A DNA stretch of 45,557 nucleotides, the filler included, from Catajapyx aquilonaris (Eukaryota), in assembly GCA_000934665.2 (NCBI GenBank). It is 2 parts of 2 records of this genome, joined end to end, with 100 filler letters (N's around TTAATTAATTAA, not from the genome) between each part and the next. Parts side by side here need not be neighbours in the genome. Positions count along the whole stretch, not along the records: positions 1 to 23,563 come from KZ539442.1; positions 23,664 to 45,557 come from JYFJ02005955.1. One strand, written 5' to 3'. The position numbers were made by a program, and so were the translations under genes. The notes beneath the pieces are model-generated. The model ran no database searches. It was not told the DNA's origin and worked only from the letters and a program-made list of their open reading frames with translations. Positions 14,201 to 30,686 of this stretch are shown here, piece after piece. Positions within the stretch are counted from its first letter, which is position 1; each line of letters opens with the position of its first letter.

Positions 14201-17200
14201 GAAAAGGCAAGAAAAGGGAGACCGAGAGGGTTCGAGGAAGCAAGATCCGCAAACAACCGGACACAGCGAAATATGCTGGTAGGACATTTGTGGATGCAGC
14301 TGGTAACATAAGGCGTAAGGGTAAACTTCGGGAAGTACCGCGCACAGGAAAGCCCACGAAGATGAAGCGTATCATATTGGAGGAGAGATTGGGAAGGAAG
14401 CTACAGATAGCAAAGCTGATGAAATCTATGAAGTGGGATAAAAGAGTGGAAGACCTTGGAGGAATGGAAGGAGAAACTCATTTTGATGGACCAGATGCTC
14501 AGGCCAAGGTGGATGGTAATGAGATATTGCTCAAGGATCCTTCCATCAAAAGTTTTATTCACTCCCGCAAGTTTCGCGAGTAAGTATGCTGGCTGTCCAT
14601 ATATAGCTTATGAAGCATGCCTTAAATTTATTGCATTTTTCAAGATCTTGTGTATGCCATGTGTGACACAGTCTGCTTACATTCATATGATCATATCATA
14701 TCACTGAAAATATTGTGGATAGCTTGTGCTTATCAAGTGTCTGTCTGCCTCATTAGTGAGCAATAGTAATGGCATGCGGTATAAGTGTGCACCTTTATCA
14801 GTCAGTAGGTTATAAGTTCAGTATGCCTCTCAAGCTGGGTGCCAGTTTTTTAAATATTTTTAAATTATATATACAGGGTGTTTCAACTTTTTTGTCCAAA
14901 CAGTTATTGGAAAATTGCACGTAGCTGCTACTTTGTAAGCAGTGACTTGCAAACGGTGATTTGTCGGAGGAATGGGGAATGGGGAAAAAGAGGGTCACAC
15001 ATCCCATGGCATGTGTGACCCTCTTTTTTCCAGGCTTGACCCTCAATTTTCAGTGGGCAGCACATATGCCACTTCAACCTACGATTCACAGGGAATATTC
15101 CCCGTTCCTCCAAAAAATCACCGTTTGCAAGTCACTGCTTTCAAAGTAGCAGCTACGTGCAATTTTTCGATAACTGTTTAGACAAAAAAGTTGAAACACC
15201 CTGTATATACATGTTAGGCTCAAACCCTGAAAATGGCCATTGGGCGAAAAATATTGCCTTACTGCAGAATGCTCCTAGTCCAACCATCCATTCTGCAGAT
15301 TGGACAGTTTGACATGGAGCATTCTGCATTCTGGACGTTTTAAACCATCCATTCTGCAGAATGCTCATTTTCAAACCACCCATTCTGCAGAATGGACGTT
15401 TTAATGAAATCGCCAGACCCCGAAATGCTATTTTTAAAATGCCAAAACGCTTTCCTGGGCTAAACTTCAGTGTCATGACGCCAATTTCGTGTCGGGATGG
15501 CTGGTTTAAAAGACGCCCATAACTTGTGACAGTATGTTTCCTGTTTCCTACTATGCCATGTAGATGCTGGAAATAAATCACTCTAATGTTGCTTGGCAAA
15601 TTGTTGAAGTACTTAACATTTGATGATGTGTTTATTTTCCAGGAACTATTATCTCCAAATATTTATTACCATTATTACTAGTACATCTTCCAGGCACTGT
15701 TATCCTTCATTTATTATTAGACTATTTGTTCTTGCAAGCACTGTTCGAATGACACTTATAATTGCACTTAATATTGCTTGATCGACATTTACATTTCTTA
15801 TCAGTGCAGTACTTTTTGCAACTGCAACATATGAATCCCTGCTTACTACCTGAACTTAAAGCTGAATCCAATCGAAGAGATACAGAACTGGTGGAAGGAA
15901 CTTCGTTCAGATCTATAAAATTGGAATCAGCAGGATGCAACATATTCGAGTTGTTCAGCTTCATCATGAAACCTCTGAAATCCAGTACCTGAAGTTGATC
16001 GAGAATGTTTTTGGCTCCTATAGGAATGTGTAAAGCTCAGGGGTTCGTTTTAGGTTACGTTAAAGCATCTGGGCTCTACTACCAGTTAGGCTCCAAAGAA
16101 GGCATTTTAGAGAGGCTGTATGACGTCACATCTGCTAATTCCAATTTTATAAATCTAAACGAAGTTCCTTCCACCAGATCTGTATCTCTTCTATCGGCTT
16201 CAGCTTTTAAATTCAGGTGGTAGGCAGGGATTCATAAGTTGCAGTTGCAAAAAGTACTGCACTGATAAGAAGTGTAAATGCTGTTCAAGTAATACTAAAT
16301 GCAATAATATTCTAAGTGTGACAAATGGTGCCTGTAAGAATGCTAGAGGCGGATTCTAAGGTCCCCTAAGTCCATTGTCAAGAAAAATGAGCTGAGGACA
16401 TCGATTGGTAGCTTATGGTACTCCCCACCTCCTCCTGAGGTCAGAATACACCAATTGTCCCTGAGTCCAAGCATGGAAATCAGAGGATTTTTCCAAAGAC
16501 ATACAAGTTCATTTACTTTATGGCAACAAAAACTCATATCTCAAAAGGACTCAAATGGACCTAGTGGACATTGGAATCCCGCCTCTTATGATGAAGGTAA
16601 TAGTTCCTGGAAAATAAACATCATCATTAAATGTTAAGTATTTCAACCATTTGCCAAACAACAATAGGGTGATTTATTTCCAGCATCTACATGGCATAGT
16701 GGGAAACAGGAAACATAGGCCTACTGACACAGAAAGTTATGGGTGTCTTCTAAACCAGCCATCCCGACACGAAATTGGCATCCTGATGCTTAAGTTTAGC
16801 CCAGGAAAGTGTTCTGGCATTTTTAAAGGAGCATTTCGGGTCTGGCCGTTTAATTAAAACGTCCATTCTGCAGAATAGATGGTTTGAAAATGAGCATTCG
16901 GCAGTTTAAAACGTCCAGACTGCAGAATGCTCCATCCATTTTGTGGAATTGATGGTTTGGCATAGGGGTAATAAAAAAATAAAAAATAAAAAAAATTAGA
17001 AAGTAAATAGCGAAATTACACCATAAAAGTAATTGCTGGAATCTATATCCAAGATGGCTGCCATGTCATTGGGCTTTTGCTAATTACGTCCTTGACATAG
17101 AGAAAATAGACTGCTCAACCGGTGGCCATATTGAATCAAAGTGATAATCCAGCGCCCATGACACTAGAGGGAAAGAATTGCTGGAAATTTTGCAAATAAG

Positions 17201-20200
17201 TTTAAAATGAGGCTTTGGTGGGACGGTAAGTTCATAGGGAGATTATATTCAACAAATATTTAACAAATGTTTTAGATTTCGGATTCAGCGTGTCAAAATA
17301 GCTTCTAAATTCAACTTCCGGTGGAGGCCACTTCGGTTTCCCGGGGTCACTCTGTCCTTGTACAGGCGGGTATGATTTAGATTTTGAAATCAGTTTCCCG
17401 AAATAACTACCACAAAAGCTATCAAAAACCCTGAATTCTGCAACTGGTACAAGCAACCACACATTTGGAAAGGGATTTGATTTACTCTGGCCACCATGAC
17501 AGTAGAAGGAAAAACAAAGGGTTTTTCTGCTTCAGGTTTATGAGTCTAGCAGCATTGGGTTAAGCGGTCTACTTTCTCTGCGACCTACGTCATTGAATTA
17601 CGTACTTTGTAATGCCTTGTTTTTCACCATAGCGCAGCTAAATTATGCAATCATTATTAGCTTCAACTCCAAAATGTTTTCATGGGTAATTTTAGCATAT
17701 TGGAAGGAAAAATAAGGCAACGCAACATGTCATCGGACATGAGTACGGGCAAGCATAAACCGAACCTCGGCCTCTTTTTACCATCTTATCGCTGGACATA
17801 AAAAATGTCAACTTGTGCAATGTATAGAAGAGGACCTGAGTACACACAGAGTTTTTCATTCCATATATACGCATTGTTGCACTAGGGTAGCTAGATAATG
17901 GCACGAAATTCAAATTATTTGTGCAATTTTTCGCATTAATGTTTTATACCTAACGAATTGACTTTAAAACTTCAAATATTTGTCAGACGAATCTCATACC
18001 AATTCCGACGACATTTCATGCATTAACATTGTGACCTTGACACTTTACGTTCATTTTTTCGTTATCCCGATTTTCAGGATAGTGGTAGCAGAAGGATTAA
18101 AGCACTAAACGCATTTTCAGAATTATTTTTGAAACCACATTATTAGGAAGCAGTGTCAAACGGGTACCACCTGTAAGCTCTCTCTAATAATCTTGTAGGG
18201 TGATGAATCCAGACAACGGTCGTAGAAGAATAGGTCGGGACGCTCTCCGCCACCTTGCGTGCCGTTAACCCTTCCCGCATTGGTGCTAGTATATCGGCAA
18301 TGGAATCCCGCTGTGGAACTCGCTGCAGCCATAGCGACTAGCGACTCTGACGGTACAACTCTGCATTAACACCTAGCTACCGATAGCGATACACCAAGAT
18401 GCATAGTTGTACCGTCAGGGTCGTAAGTCGCTATGGCTGCAGCGAGTTCCACAGTGGGATTCCATTGCAGATATACTAGCACCAATGCGGGAAGGGTTAA
18501 CGGCACCGGTTTTTCTATTGGCCTGCGATAGAAGTGTCCAGGGGCTGATCCAGACCTTGACTAGAAGTAGGGTTCTTAAAATGTCAAGAACATTCTTGTT
18601 TCAGAGATTGAAATGAGTTTTTCCCAGAAATGAATGATAACCCAGGGAAATAGGTCAGTTGCCCAGAAAACCGTTGTCTGCTAGATTCGAGGCATGTTCG
18701 GAAATGATTTACACTCTTTCTTTTTCCCGCTGAAGAAGTGGTCGTAGAAGTTAATTATAATAATAATTAATAATAATTGGTTGGGTAATGCTTTCACCCT
18801 ATCAGGGTTTATTGCATGGACCTTTATTTGTTGTATACATTGGAGCCTTTATACGTATCGCCCGGGCCCACAGGCAGGATGACAGGAGGGGATGTGCAAG
18901 TGCAGTGCATCTGACGTGTGGCCATTTTTAGTGAGTTCCCCCGGGTGGTTTAGTCTGTAGGAAATACCACCCGAGACGAAGCCAGAGGTGACCGACCTCT
19001 GCACGAGATGAAGGGGGTGTCCCCGGGCTGGGATCGAACCCGGGACCTTAACATCCGTGGGCGCGCGCATTACCGCTGCGCCACTCCGTCTCCCCTTAGA
19101 AGTTAATTATTCACCACTAGATGGAACGAGTCTTCCTGAGTGTGCCACAAAAAGTTGGACGCCATTCGTGTCAGTCGCATCGTCACGGTGCCCACCGAAA
19201 GTAGTGCCCATAGTTCTCGTCATGGACAACGTTGCAGGAGACTACCACGGGCATCGGTGGACCACATGGTTTTTGTGGATGGAAGGAGTGGCAGCGACAG
19301 ATATTAATCCTACTGGTGGACTGGCTGGAGAAGGGCAATAATAATAATCATAATAATTTGTACCCAGTGCTAGGGCCATGGGCCCTCTTAGGGGGGTGGG
19401 ATACCACCATTTTTTAAATTTTTTATCTGGAACTCTTGCTTTTGTTTTTACTTCTCGTATATGGGGATGGGATAGGGACGGAAGGAAGCGGCTGTGGCCT
19501 ATAATTACGGACACGACCCCGGAATTTTCCTGGTGAGACCATGGGAAACCACAGAAAACCATGGTCAGGGTCGGCGGCCACCGGAATTCGAACCCAGGAC
19601 CTCCCGATTAGCAGTCAGATACCATATCCCCTCCGCTACCACTGCTTCGGTGAGAAGGGCAATACAATCAACAGCGAAAGGTATGGTGTCAGCCTTCGTC
19701 GTCTGCGTTGAAGGATCCAGCAACGCCGCAAAGGGAAGTGGGCACGGAAGGTCTTGCTCCTTCACGATAACTCTCGTCCGACGGGGCCAGGTCCGGGGAA
19801 GATGGTGGGTGGTTCAAGGTCATGTATCCCAGCTGTTCCAGCAAAGATGTCGTTGCATGGCTGGTATGGGACCGAACGTTGTAGTGGAGGAGCAAGACCT
19901 TCTGCGCCCACTTCCCTTTGCGGGATTGTTGGATCCTTCGACGCAGACGACGAAGGGTGACACCGTACCTTTCGCTGTTGATCGTATTGCCCTTCTCTAG
20001 CCAGTCCACCAGTAGGATGAACATCTGTCATTGCCACTCCTTCCGTCCACAAAGACCATGTGGTCCACCGCTGCCCGTGGTAGTCTCCTGCAACGTTGTC
20101 CATGATGAGAGCTACGGGCACTACTTCGGTGGGCACCGTGACGATGCAACAGACACGAATGGCGTCCAATTTTTTGTGGGACACTCAGGAAGACTCATTC

Positions 20201-22101
20201 TATCTAGTGGTGAATAATGGAACTTCCAGGACCACTTCTTCAGCGGAAAAAAGAAAGAATGTAAATCATTTCCGAACGTGCCTCGTAGTTATATCGCCAC
20301 ACAGGAAGTGGGGGAAATGACATTTTTAGGAACTGATCTGGCAACCCTCTCTCCAAGGAGAGAATCAGTGAGTCAACTTCCTCGAGACATCCAGTCCTAT
20401 TCTCTTCCTAGTGTAAATGTTAGGTTGACTGTGATGACAATGGGGATATATTACGGAAATTCCGGGCTGGCGAGCCAATTTGGCCCTACAGCCCCTCCTT
20501 CCCCATTTATTCAACACATTTACAACACAAAACAAGTATAACATCAAACAAGTACCGTACAACATCAAAAACGCAGCCCAGTCATCCATCATCAGATCAT
20601 CCATGCATCCATACATCAGTCCACCGCCATACATCAGTCAACCGCCAAAGGGTCTTCAAGAATTGTTCAGCTCAGATAACACTCTGTCTGCCTCTAAACA
20701 GAATAGGTTGAAACTCTGAGGTATGTCTGTTGCAAATGCTCCCCTGGAACACGGCCATCCCAATCCCTTTGAGACCGCCGCACAAAGTAGTTGGCCCCTA
20801 GCTCTTAACACTTCAGTGATTGTGCATTGCCAGAGGATGTGGGCCGCATCCTGTCACCCCAGGCCACATGGGCACCAGACGCTCTCCTCAGTCACATTCC
20901 CCCTCCTGAAACGAAAGAGATAGGCCCGGAAAGCCGTGGCCAGAAATGACCCGGGCCACATGTCCGTGCACGTGCCTGTCGCTGTCCACCTCGGGTAAGA
21001 AGGGGCGATACCAGGCTCCCCCAGTCGCTTCCCATCTGATCTGCCAAACAATGGGGATGCTAGATATCCTCTTGCCTGATGAACCCGCTGCAGCAGATGA
21101 CCCATTGTTTCAGACTTTGACCTCCCTTTCTATGGCTACCTTACCTTTCATCATAAAATCCATGAATATCCAGTTGTCCTGCCATTGAACAAGTTTCTCT
21201 GCAAACCTTTCACAGAAGGTGGTTTCCTGCACAAAGAACCACTTTTCGCCTTCTCCTCCATACCCCCTGCCTCCACCCACCCCACCTCACCTTGTTTCCA
21301 CTCTTTCCAGTGACTACCAATCAATTGGTTCATCAGGTAACCTGTGAATTGGGGATGTCAGGGACTTGCTTTTACATGATTTAGTTGAGTTGTCACATGT
21401 TATTTTTTTACCAAGTTGCATTTTCTCTCGTTGTACTTCAACTTGGTATAACCACTAGGCCACCATAACTGAAATTTCCCAACAGTGTGTATAGTGATTT
21501 GTATTTATTTCAGTTACTGCGATCATGTCCTTAGCAAGGATTTGGACCAAACAGTGGCAAGCCTCATGAATGATGTGGTCCGATTCCAAGAGAGAACTTA
21601 CACCAGAAATCCTATCAAAGCTGTAGCAAAGCCTCGTATGGTAGTTGGTCTTCGCCAAGTCAGTCGTTACCTTCGGGTGAAACGCTTGAAGCTGCTCATT
21701 TTTGCCCCAGATCTGGAGGTGGTTCGTGCAAAAGGTAAAGAATATTGCAAATTAGTGCCAAGCCCAGTTATTTAATTAAACTGGAATATGTGCAGGTGGT
21801 CTGGACAGCTTGATAGAAAGGATCAAGCATGAGGCACAACACCAAGGCATCCCTTATGTATTCTCCATGAACAGAAGGCAATTAGGACGCCTAACACACA
21901 AGGGCGTTCTTATAAGCTGCATAGGCATTTTTAATTATCAAGGTTCAGAGGTAAGTGATCACATAAGAGTTGTTAGGCCAGATAATATTACCAGTTCTGT
22001 TGCAGGATAATTATGCTAAGATAATTGAGATGCTGCCTGAACTGCAGAGTCAGTACCAAGAGAAGCTGGACCATATCCGGTATCTATTCGGCATAGGAGA
22101 G
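2370..22101 (+). CDS. SECISBP2: SECIS-binding protein 2 (SBP2/SBP2L-like, long form, about 1010 aa or more; first and last exons uncertain)
   Basis: Phase-consistent GT-AG exons: 2370-2534, 2587-4596, 14188-14579, 21514-21734, 21796-21950, 22006-22101. Motifs: KFQLSADVEPFVPR (SBP2 N-terminus); KKPKRKDPISISIFAALE; SID RRKGKLREVPRTGKPTKMKRIILEER; HSRKFRD|YCDHVLSKDLD; L7Ae domain RFQERTY..MVVGLRQV..APDLE..GGLD..IPYVFSMNRRQLGR..IGIFNYQGSE. Confidence 0.93.
5043..5153. repeat. (AAT/AAC/CAT)n microsatellite
   Basis: Directly visible. Confidence 0.9.
5702..6531. mobile_element. 830-bp foldback element (near-perfect palindrome)
   Basis: Arm 5702-6088 is the reverse complement of 6146-6531 with few mismatches, around a spacer of about 57 bp. 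Ends AGGGAACCTCTCGAAGTGTCAC. No clear TSD. Confidence 0.85.
6779..7486. mobile_element. Kolobok-like non-autonomous DNA transposon
   Basis: TTAA at 6775-6778 and 7487-7490. TIRs of about 60 bp starting AGGGACACTCCACTCAAAATAC. Confidence 0.75.
7944..8288 (+). mobile_element. tRNA-derived SINE, family 1, variant 3' tail ending in (CT)n
   Basis: Head ACCGAAGCAG..GCTAATCGGGAGGTCCTGGG and core GGTTTTCTGTGGTTTCCC..TAGGCCACAGCC.CTTCCT, shared with the copies at 11999-12299 and 19341-19651. Confidence 0.7.
9157..9428. mobile_element. piggyBac-like MITE
   Basis: TTAA|CCCTGGAACCGTGAC ... GTCACGGTTCCAGGG|TTAA, with subterminal inverted repeat GGGTCTTTTAGGACCCC. The right end of a second copy is at about 23805-23871. 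Confidence 0.8.
9950..10258. mobile_element. hAT-like MITE spanning an N-gap
   Basis: TIR CAGGGGCGGATCCA / TGGATCCGCCCCTG. 8-bp TSD TCAATGAG at 9942-9949 and 10259-10266. Confidence 0.8.
11155..11601. mobile_element. MITE with long inverted arms (P-element-like TSD length)
   Basis: TIR CAGGGAGCATATACTACATAAGAGGCGCAAAC; imperfect arms of about 190 bp; 7-bp TSD GCCTGTC. Confidence 0.75.
11999..12299 (-). mobile_element. tRNA-derived SINE, family 1
   Basis: Same head and core as 19341-19651. Flanked by GGTAAATAAACATTT / GGTAAATCAACATTT (15-bp TSD, 1 mismatch). Confidence 0.8.
12820..13122. mobile_element. Inverted-repeat element embedded in a (CA)n tract, containing (CCTAA)n
   Basis: TGCTATCCTTGTGAGG / CCTCACAAGGATAGCA subterminal repeats; (CA)n on both sides; TAACCTAACCTAACCTAACC at about 12895-12914. 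Confidence 0.6.
13480..13734. mobile_element. MITE with about 34-bp TIRs
   Basis: AAGACCTCGGGGGAAGAACGATCAAGGTCCACTT / AAGTGGACCTTGATCGTTCTTCCCCCAAGGTCTT. Confidence 0.7.
14874..15203. mobile_element. Tc1/mariner-type MITE
   Basis: TA|CAGGGTGTTTCAACTTTTTTGTC ... GACAAAAAAGTTGAAACACCCTG|TA; TIRs of about 90 bp. Confidence 0.8.
15280..16945. mobile_element. Foldback of two 3' ends of an integrase-type (KRBA2/SCAND3/Ginger-like) DNA transposon
   Basis: Outer arms at about 15310-15650 and 16600-16940 are inverted. Inner segments 15722-15967(-) and about 16060-16345(+) both encode the Cys-rich tail QGFICCSCKKYCTDKKCKCRSSNIKCNYKCHSNSACKNK; the + copy is preceded by YQLGSKEGILERLY. Family assignment is from memory of motifs. 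Confidence 0.6.
18269..18496. mobile_element. piggyBac-like palindromic MITE
   Basis: TTAA|CCCTTCCCGCATTGGTGCTAGTATATC ... GATATACTAGCACCAATGCGGGAAGGG|TTAA; arms of about 92 bp. Confidence 0.8.
18759..19096 (-). mobile_element. tRNA-derived SINE, family 2
   Basis: Head with A box GTGGCGCAGCGG and B box GGTTCGATCCC; (TTA)n tail; 14-bp TSD TAGAAGTTAATTAT at 18745-18758 and 19097-19110. Confidence 0.85.
19341..19651 (-). mobile_element. tRNA-derived SINE, family 1
   Basis: B box GGTTCGAATTCC; (TTA)n tail; 13-bp TSD GAGAAGGGCAATA at 19328-19340 and 19652-19664. Confidence 0.85.
20700..21330 (-). mobile_element. 3' remnant of a non-LTR retrotransposon (R1/I-group-like)
   Basis: Frameshifted translation VWQIRWEATGGAWYRPFLPEV..VISGHG/FRAYLFRFRR..CPCG..QDAAHILWQC, which is the C-terminal CCHC region of LINE ORF2. 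Confidence 0.65.
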
Positions 22102-22147
22102 GTGAGCAGAACCTGTGACTTGTCCTTTGCATTGAATAGCAGTGAAT

Positions 22148-22189
22148 TTATTGTTATTAATATTATTATTGTTGTTGTTATTGTTATTA

Positions 22190-22236
<47 letters not shown>

Positions 22237-22237
22237 G
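22148..22237. repeat. (ATT/GTT/ATC)n microsatellite
   Basis: Directly visible, intronic. Confidence 0.9.
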
Positions 22238-23563
22238 GGCATTTTTGCGGTAACGAACCAAGGTTCGGACGATTTTTTTCAACTTTCATTGTGATTTTCC
22301 ATGCTTGGGGATACTTTTTTTTTTCTATTGAGTTCCAGGTACAGAGGGCTGAATTTTGCCACAAATCCGACAGAAAATATATCATTCGATAGAGCCCGAG
22401 GAGCGAGAACAAACACGGGAACGAACCAAAGTTTCGAGGACACGCATTTCTGCACCGGGTTACATTGCGTAATAACTTTGCGAATTCTGAGTGGTTTTGA
22501 TGGCAGTATAGAGATGCTCTAGAGAAGAAAAGTGCGAGGAATCCATTGGTCACCTTGCCGTACCGGTATCTGCTTTTCTTTGCATCGTAGCGCAACAAAA
22601 CTCTCGGTAACTGACCAAGAAAAAAAGTAACGAACCAAGGCGTGCGATTTTCCACCGTTCAGAACCTTTTCACGGGTAGTATTTGTGAGCTGTTTTACCA
22701 CTTCAGGGCGCACATAATTAAAACGAGACACATCATGACACTGACCAGTCATCAGAGGATTCTCCTGTATTGGTCGGTTGATACGGCTGGGTCGTATGAC
22801 CTGGTCATCGCTGACTACCTCATCATGGGACTATGCCGTGATTATTGTGCATACGTATGTTGGATGTAACCCAACATGAAAAGGGTGCGGCCTGCCTACA
22901 CACCAGTTTTTGCAGACCAGACTGACACAGACACCCAGTTGCACAGTGGGGACGAATTTTTCAAACACGGCCATATGTAGATTTTCCAACTTCGAAATAT
23001 CTACATGATATTAGCATTACGATACTATTAGACATTAGGGTCATTAGAGACACATTATTTCTTGGCACATAAGTGCCCATAAAGCCACGAAAACAGCGAC
23101 TGAAGTAAGAGGAAATTCCGGGGAAATTAATTCGGTCATTATCCCCGGACAGTGATGATTTTGACAATGTTATTTGTAGCGAGTTTCCTGGACGTAGCAC
23201 AGCCATTTTAGCTGTACCACATTGTAATGCATATGCATATGACTGTATAAGGAGTTATAATGTGACCATCTATAAAAATTTACTAAGCCTATAAATGAAG
23301 GTATTTGAAAATGGGTCATTTCAGTCAATTTTCCAATAAATTCAGACCTGCAAAAATTCAGATAAATGCAAATTTTTTGATTTACGGCCTATAAAAAGCA
23401 GGAGGCTCTCATGACTGAGAAGAACCAAAGACTAGCTGCCACCACCTGCCACCTGCCACCTTGACCGCTAGAGACAATTAACTTCCGGACCACCCATCTT
23501 GCAGTGGCATTGTAAATAGAGGCAACTGTTTATAACATGAAGGATTCGTGAAAAATTGTTTTC

Positions 23564-23663
23564 NNNNNNNNNNNNNNNNNNNNNNNNNNNNNNNNNNNNN
23601 NNNNNNNTTAATTAATTAANNNNNNNNNNNNNNNNNNNNNNNNNNNNNNNNNNNNNNNNNNNN
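23564..23663. other. Artificial scaffold joint: N44-TTAATTAATTAA-N44
   Basis: Exactly 100 nt and symmetric; the 12-mer has stop codons in all six frames. Confidence 0.85.
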
Positions 23664-24079
23664 AGTGCAGCTACATAGCTGACGCGTTTTGGTGTCGTCA
23701 ACCATTTTCATTCCAATATGGCGGCACAATATGTGCACTTACCCCGGGTGTGCACTTCCCCCACTTCACCCTATATAAAAATTAATCAAAATTAAAATAT
23801 GGCGTGGGGTCCTAAAAGACCCCACAGCACAGTTACCGTAACTTTCAGGCACGGCACGGTTCCAGGGTTAATTTAAACGCTAACATGAAATATTTACAGG
23901 CATAATAACTATATGATCTCGACACTTATCGTTTTCACTAGGCTGCATTATGAAATGCCCTATATCTGTCATGAAATAAAGTACTAGGTATAATTTGCAC
24001 CTGAATAAGGGTCTAAATAGAGAGATTCACTTATTATGTAGGAAGCAGCCAGTCACGTACTAAATGAGTGGTTCTGTAG

Positions 24080-24163
24080 GCTGTACAAAAAAAAATCAAG
24101 GTCTCCAGTTATGAGAATGGGGAGAGGAAAAAAACACCAAGGGCTTGCTTAATCAGATACTAG
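24080..24163 (+). CDS. Tentative terminal exon of SBP2 (AVQKKIKVSSYENGERKKTPRACLIRY*)
   Basis: TTCTGTAG acceptor compatible with the phase-0 donor at 22102. No homology support, and it lies across the scaffold joint. Confidence 0.2.
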   Translation, partial: AVQKKIKVSSYENGERKKTPRACLIRY

Positions 24164-24657
24164 CATGCTATAAGATTGTGCTGCTAGTCTATTCAAAGCA
24201 CAATTCTATCAGAACCAGATGTAGCTAGTGTGCAGGAGGAAAGTCAGTGACAGTCACTGATACTAGGATATCACCAGGGATAGCCCAGTTGGTATTTTTT
24301 TTTCCTGCTCAAGGCTACAGCTGGGAAGGCAACCTACATCAGCAACAAGGCCAAGGTAAATTGGATTTCTCCCCTATAGCTGTTTGGATGCAAGCCAACT
24401 CTGCAATAAGTAATGATTTCCCAGTGGCATTGGTCAGTGGTGGAAGTGCCTATTGTGAGGATAATGTGTGCATTTTTGTACAGTGCCAGCCATCTGTGTT
24501 TGTTCAGTGCCAGGAATATTTATGAGTGTTCAATGTGACCTGTGATTGACAAGTGCTTCCTATCTCTAGAAAACATGGATTGTGAAGTACCCTGTGACCA
24601 CTCTTATCTTATGTCTCACCTTTAGGTAGAGCAAAGGTGAATGCAAGAGGAATCACT

Positions 24658-30549
<5,892 letters not shown>

Positions 30550-30686
30550 GATAAAATCATCATGGTTACAACATAATTATGATGCAATATTGGAATAAAA
30601 CGTGGATCATTTATTCAGTGTGAATACACTCTATAATGATTCCCTCATTTATTGGCAAGCTTGAATAGCTGGCGGATCCATTATTT

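Larger units (their letters stand above)
18688..20285. mobile_element. Rearranged mariner: two 5' portions in inverted orientation, with two SINE insertions in the left arm
   Basis: Termini CGAGGCATGTTCGGAAATGATTTACA / TGTAAATCATTTCCGAACGTGCCTCG|TA. The - strand at about 19778-20020 encodes LLLHYNVRSH..LNHPPSSPDLAPSD (mariner HDNARPH and YSPDLAPSD motifs). The + arm encodes the same region up to LLLHDNSR. Confidence 0.8.

Noticed and set aside
22050..22655. 201-aa ORF with poly-Ile, and the hydrophobic extension of ORF 21970-22392
   Set aside because: Produced by the (ATT)n microsatellite and intron read-through.
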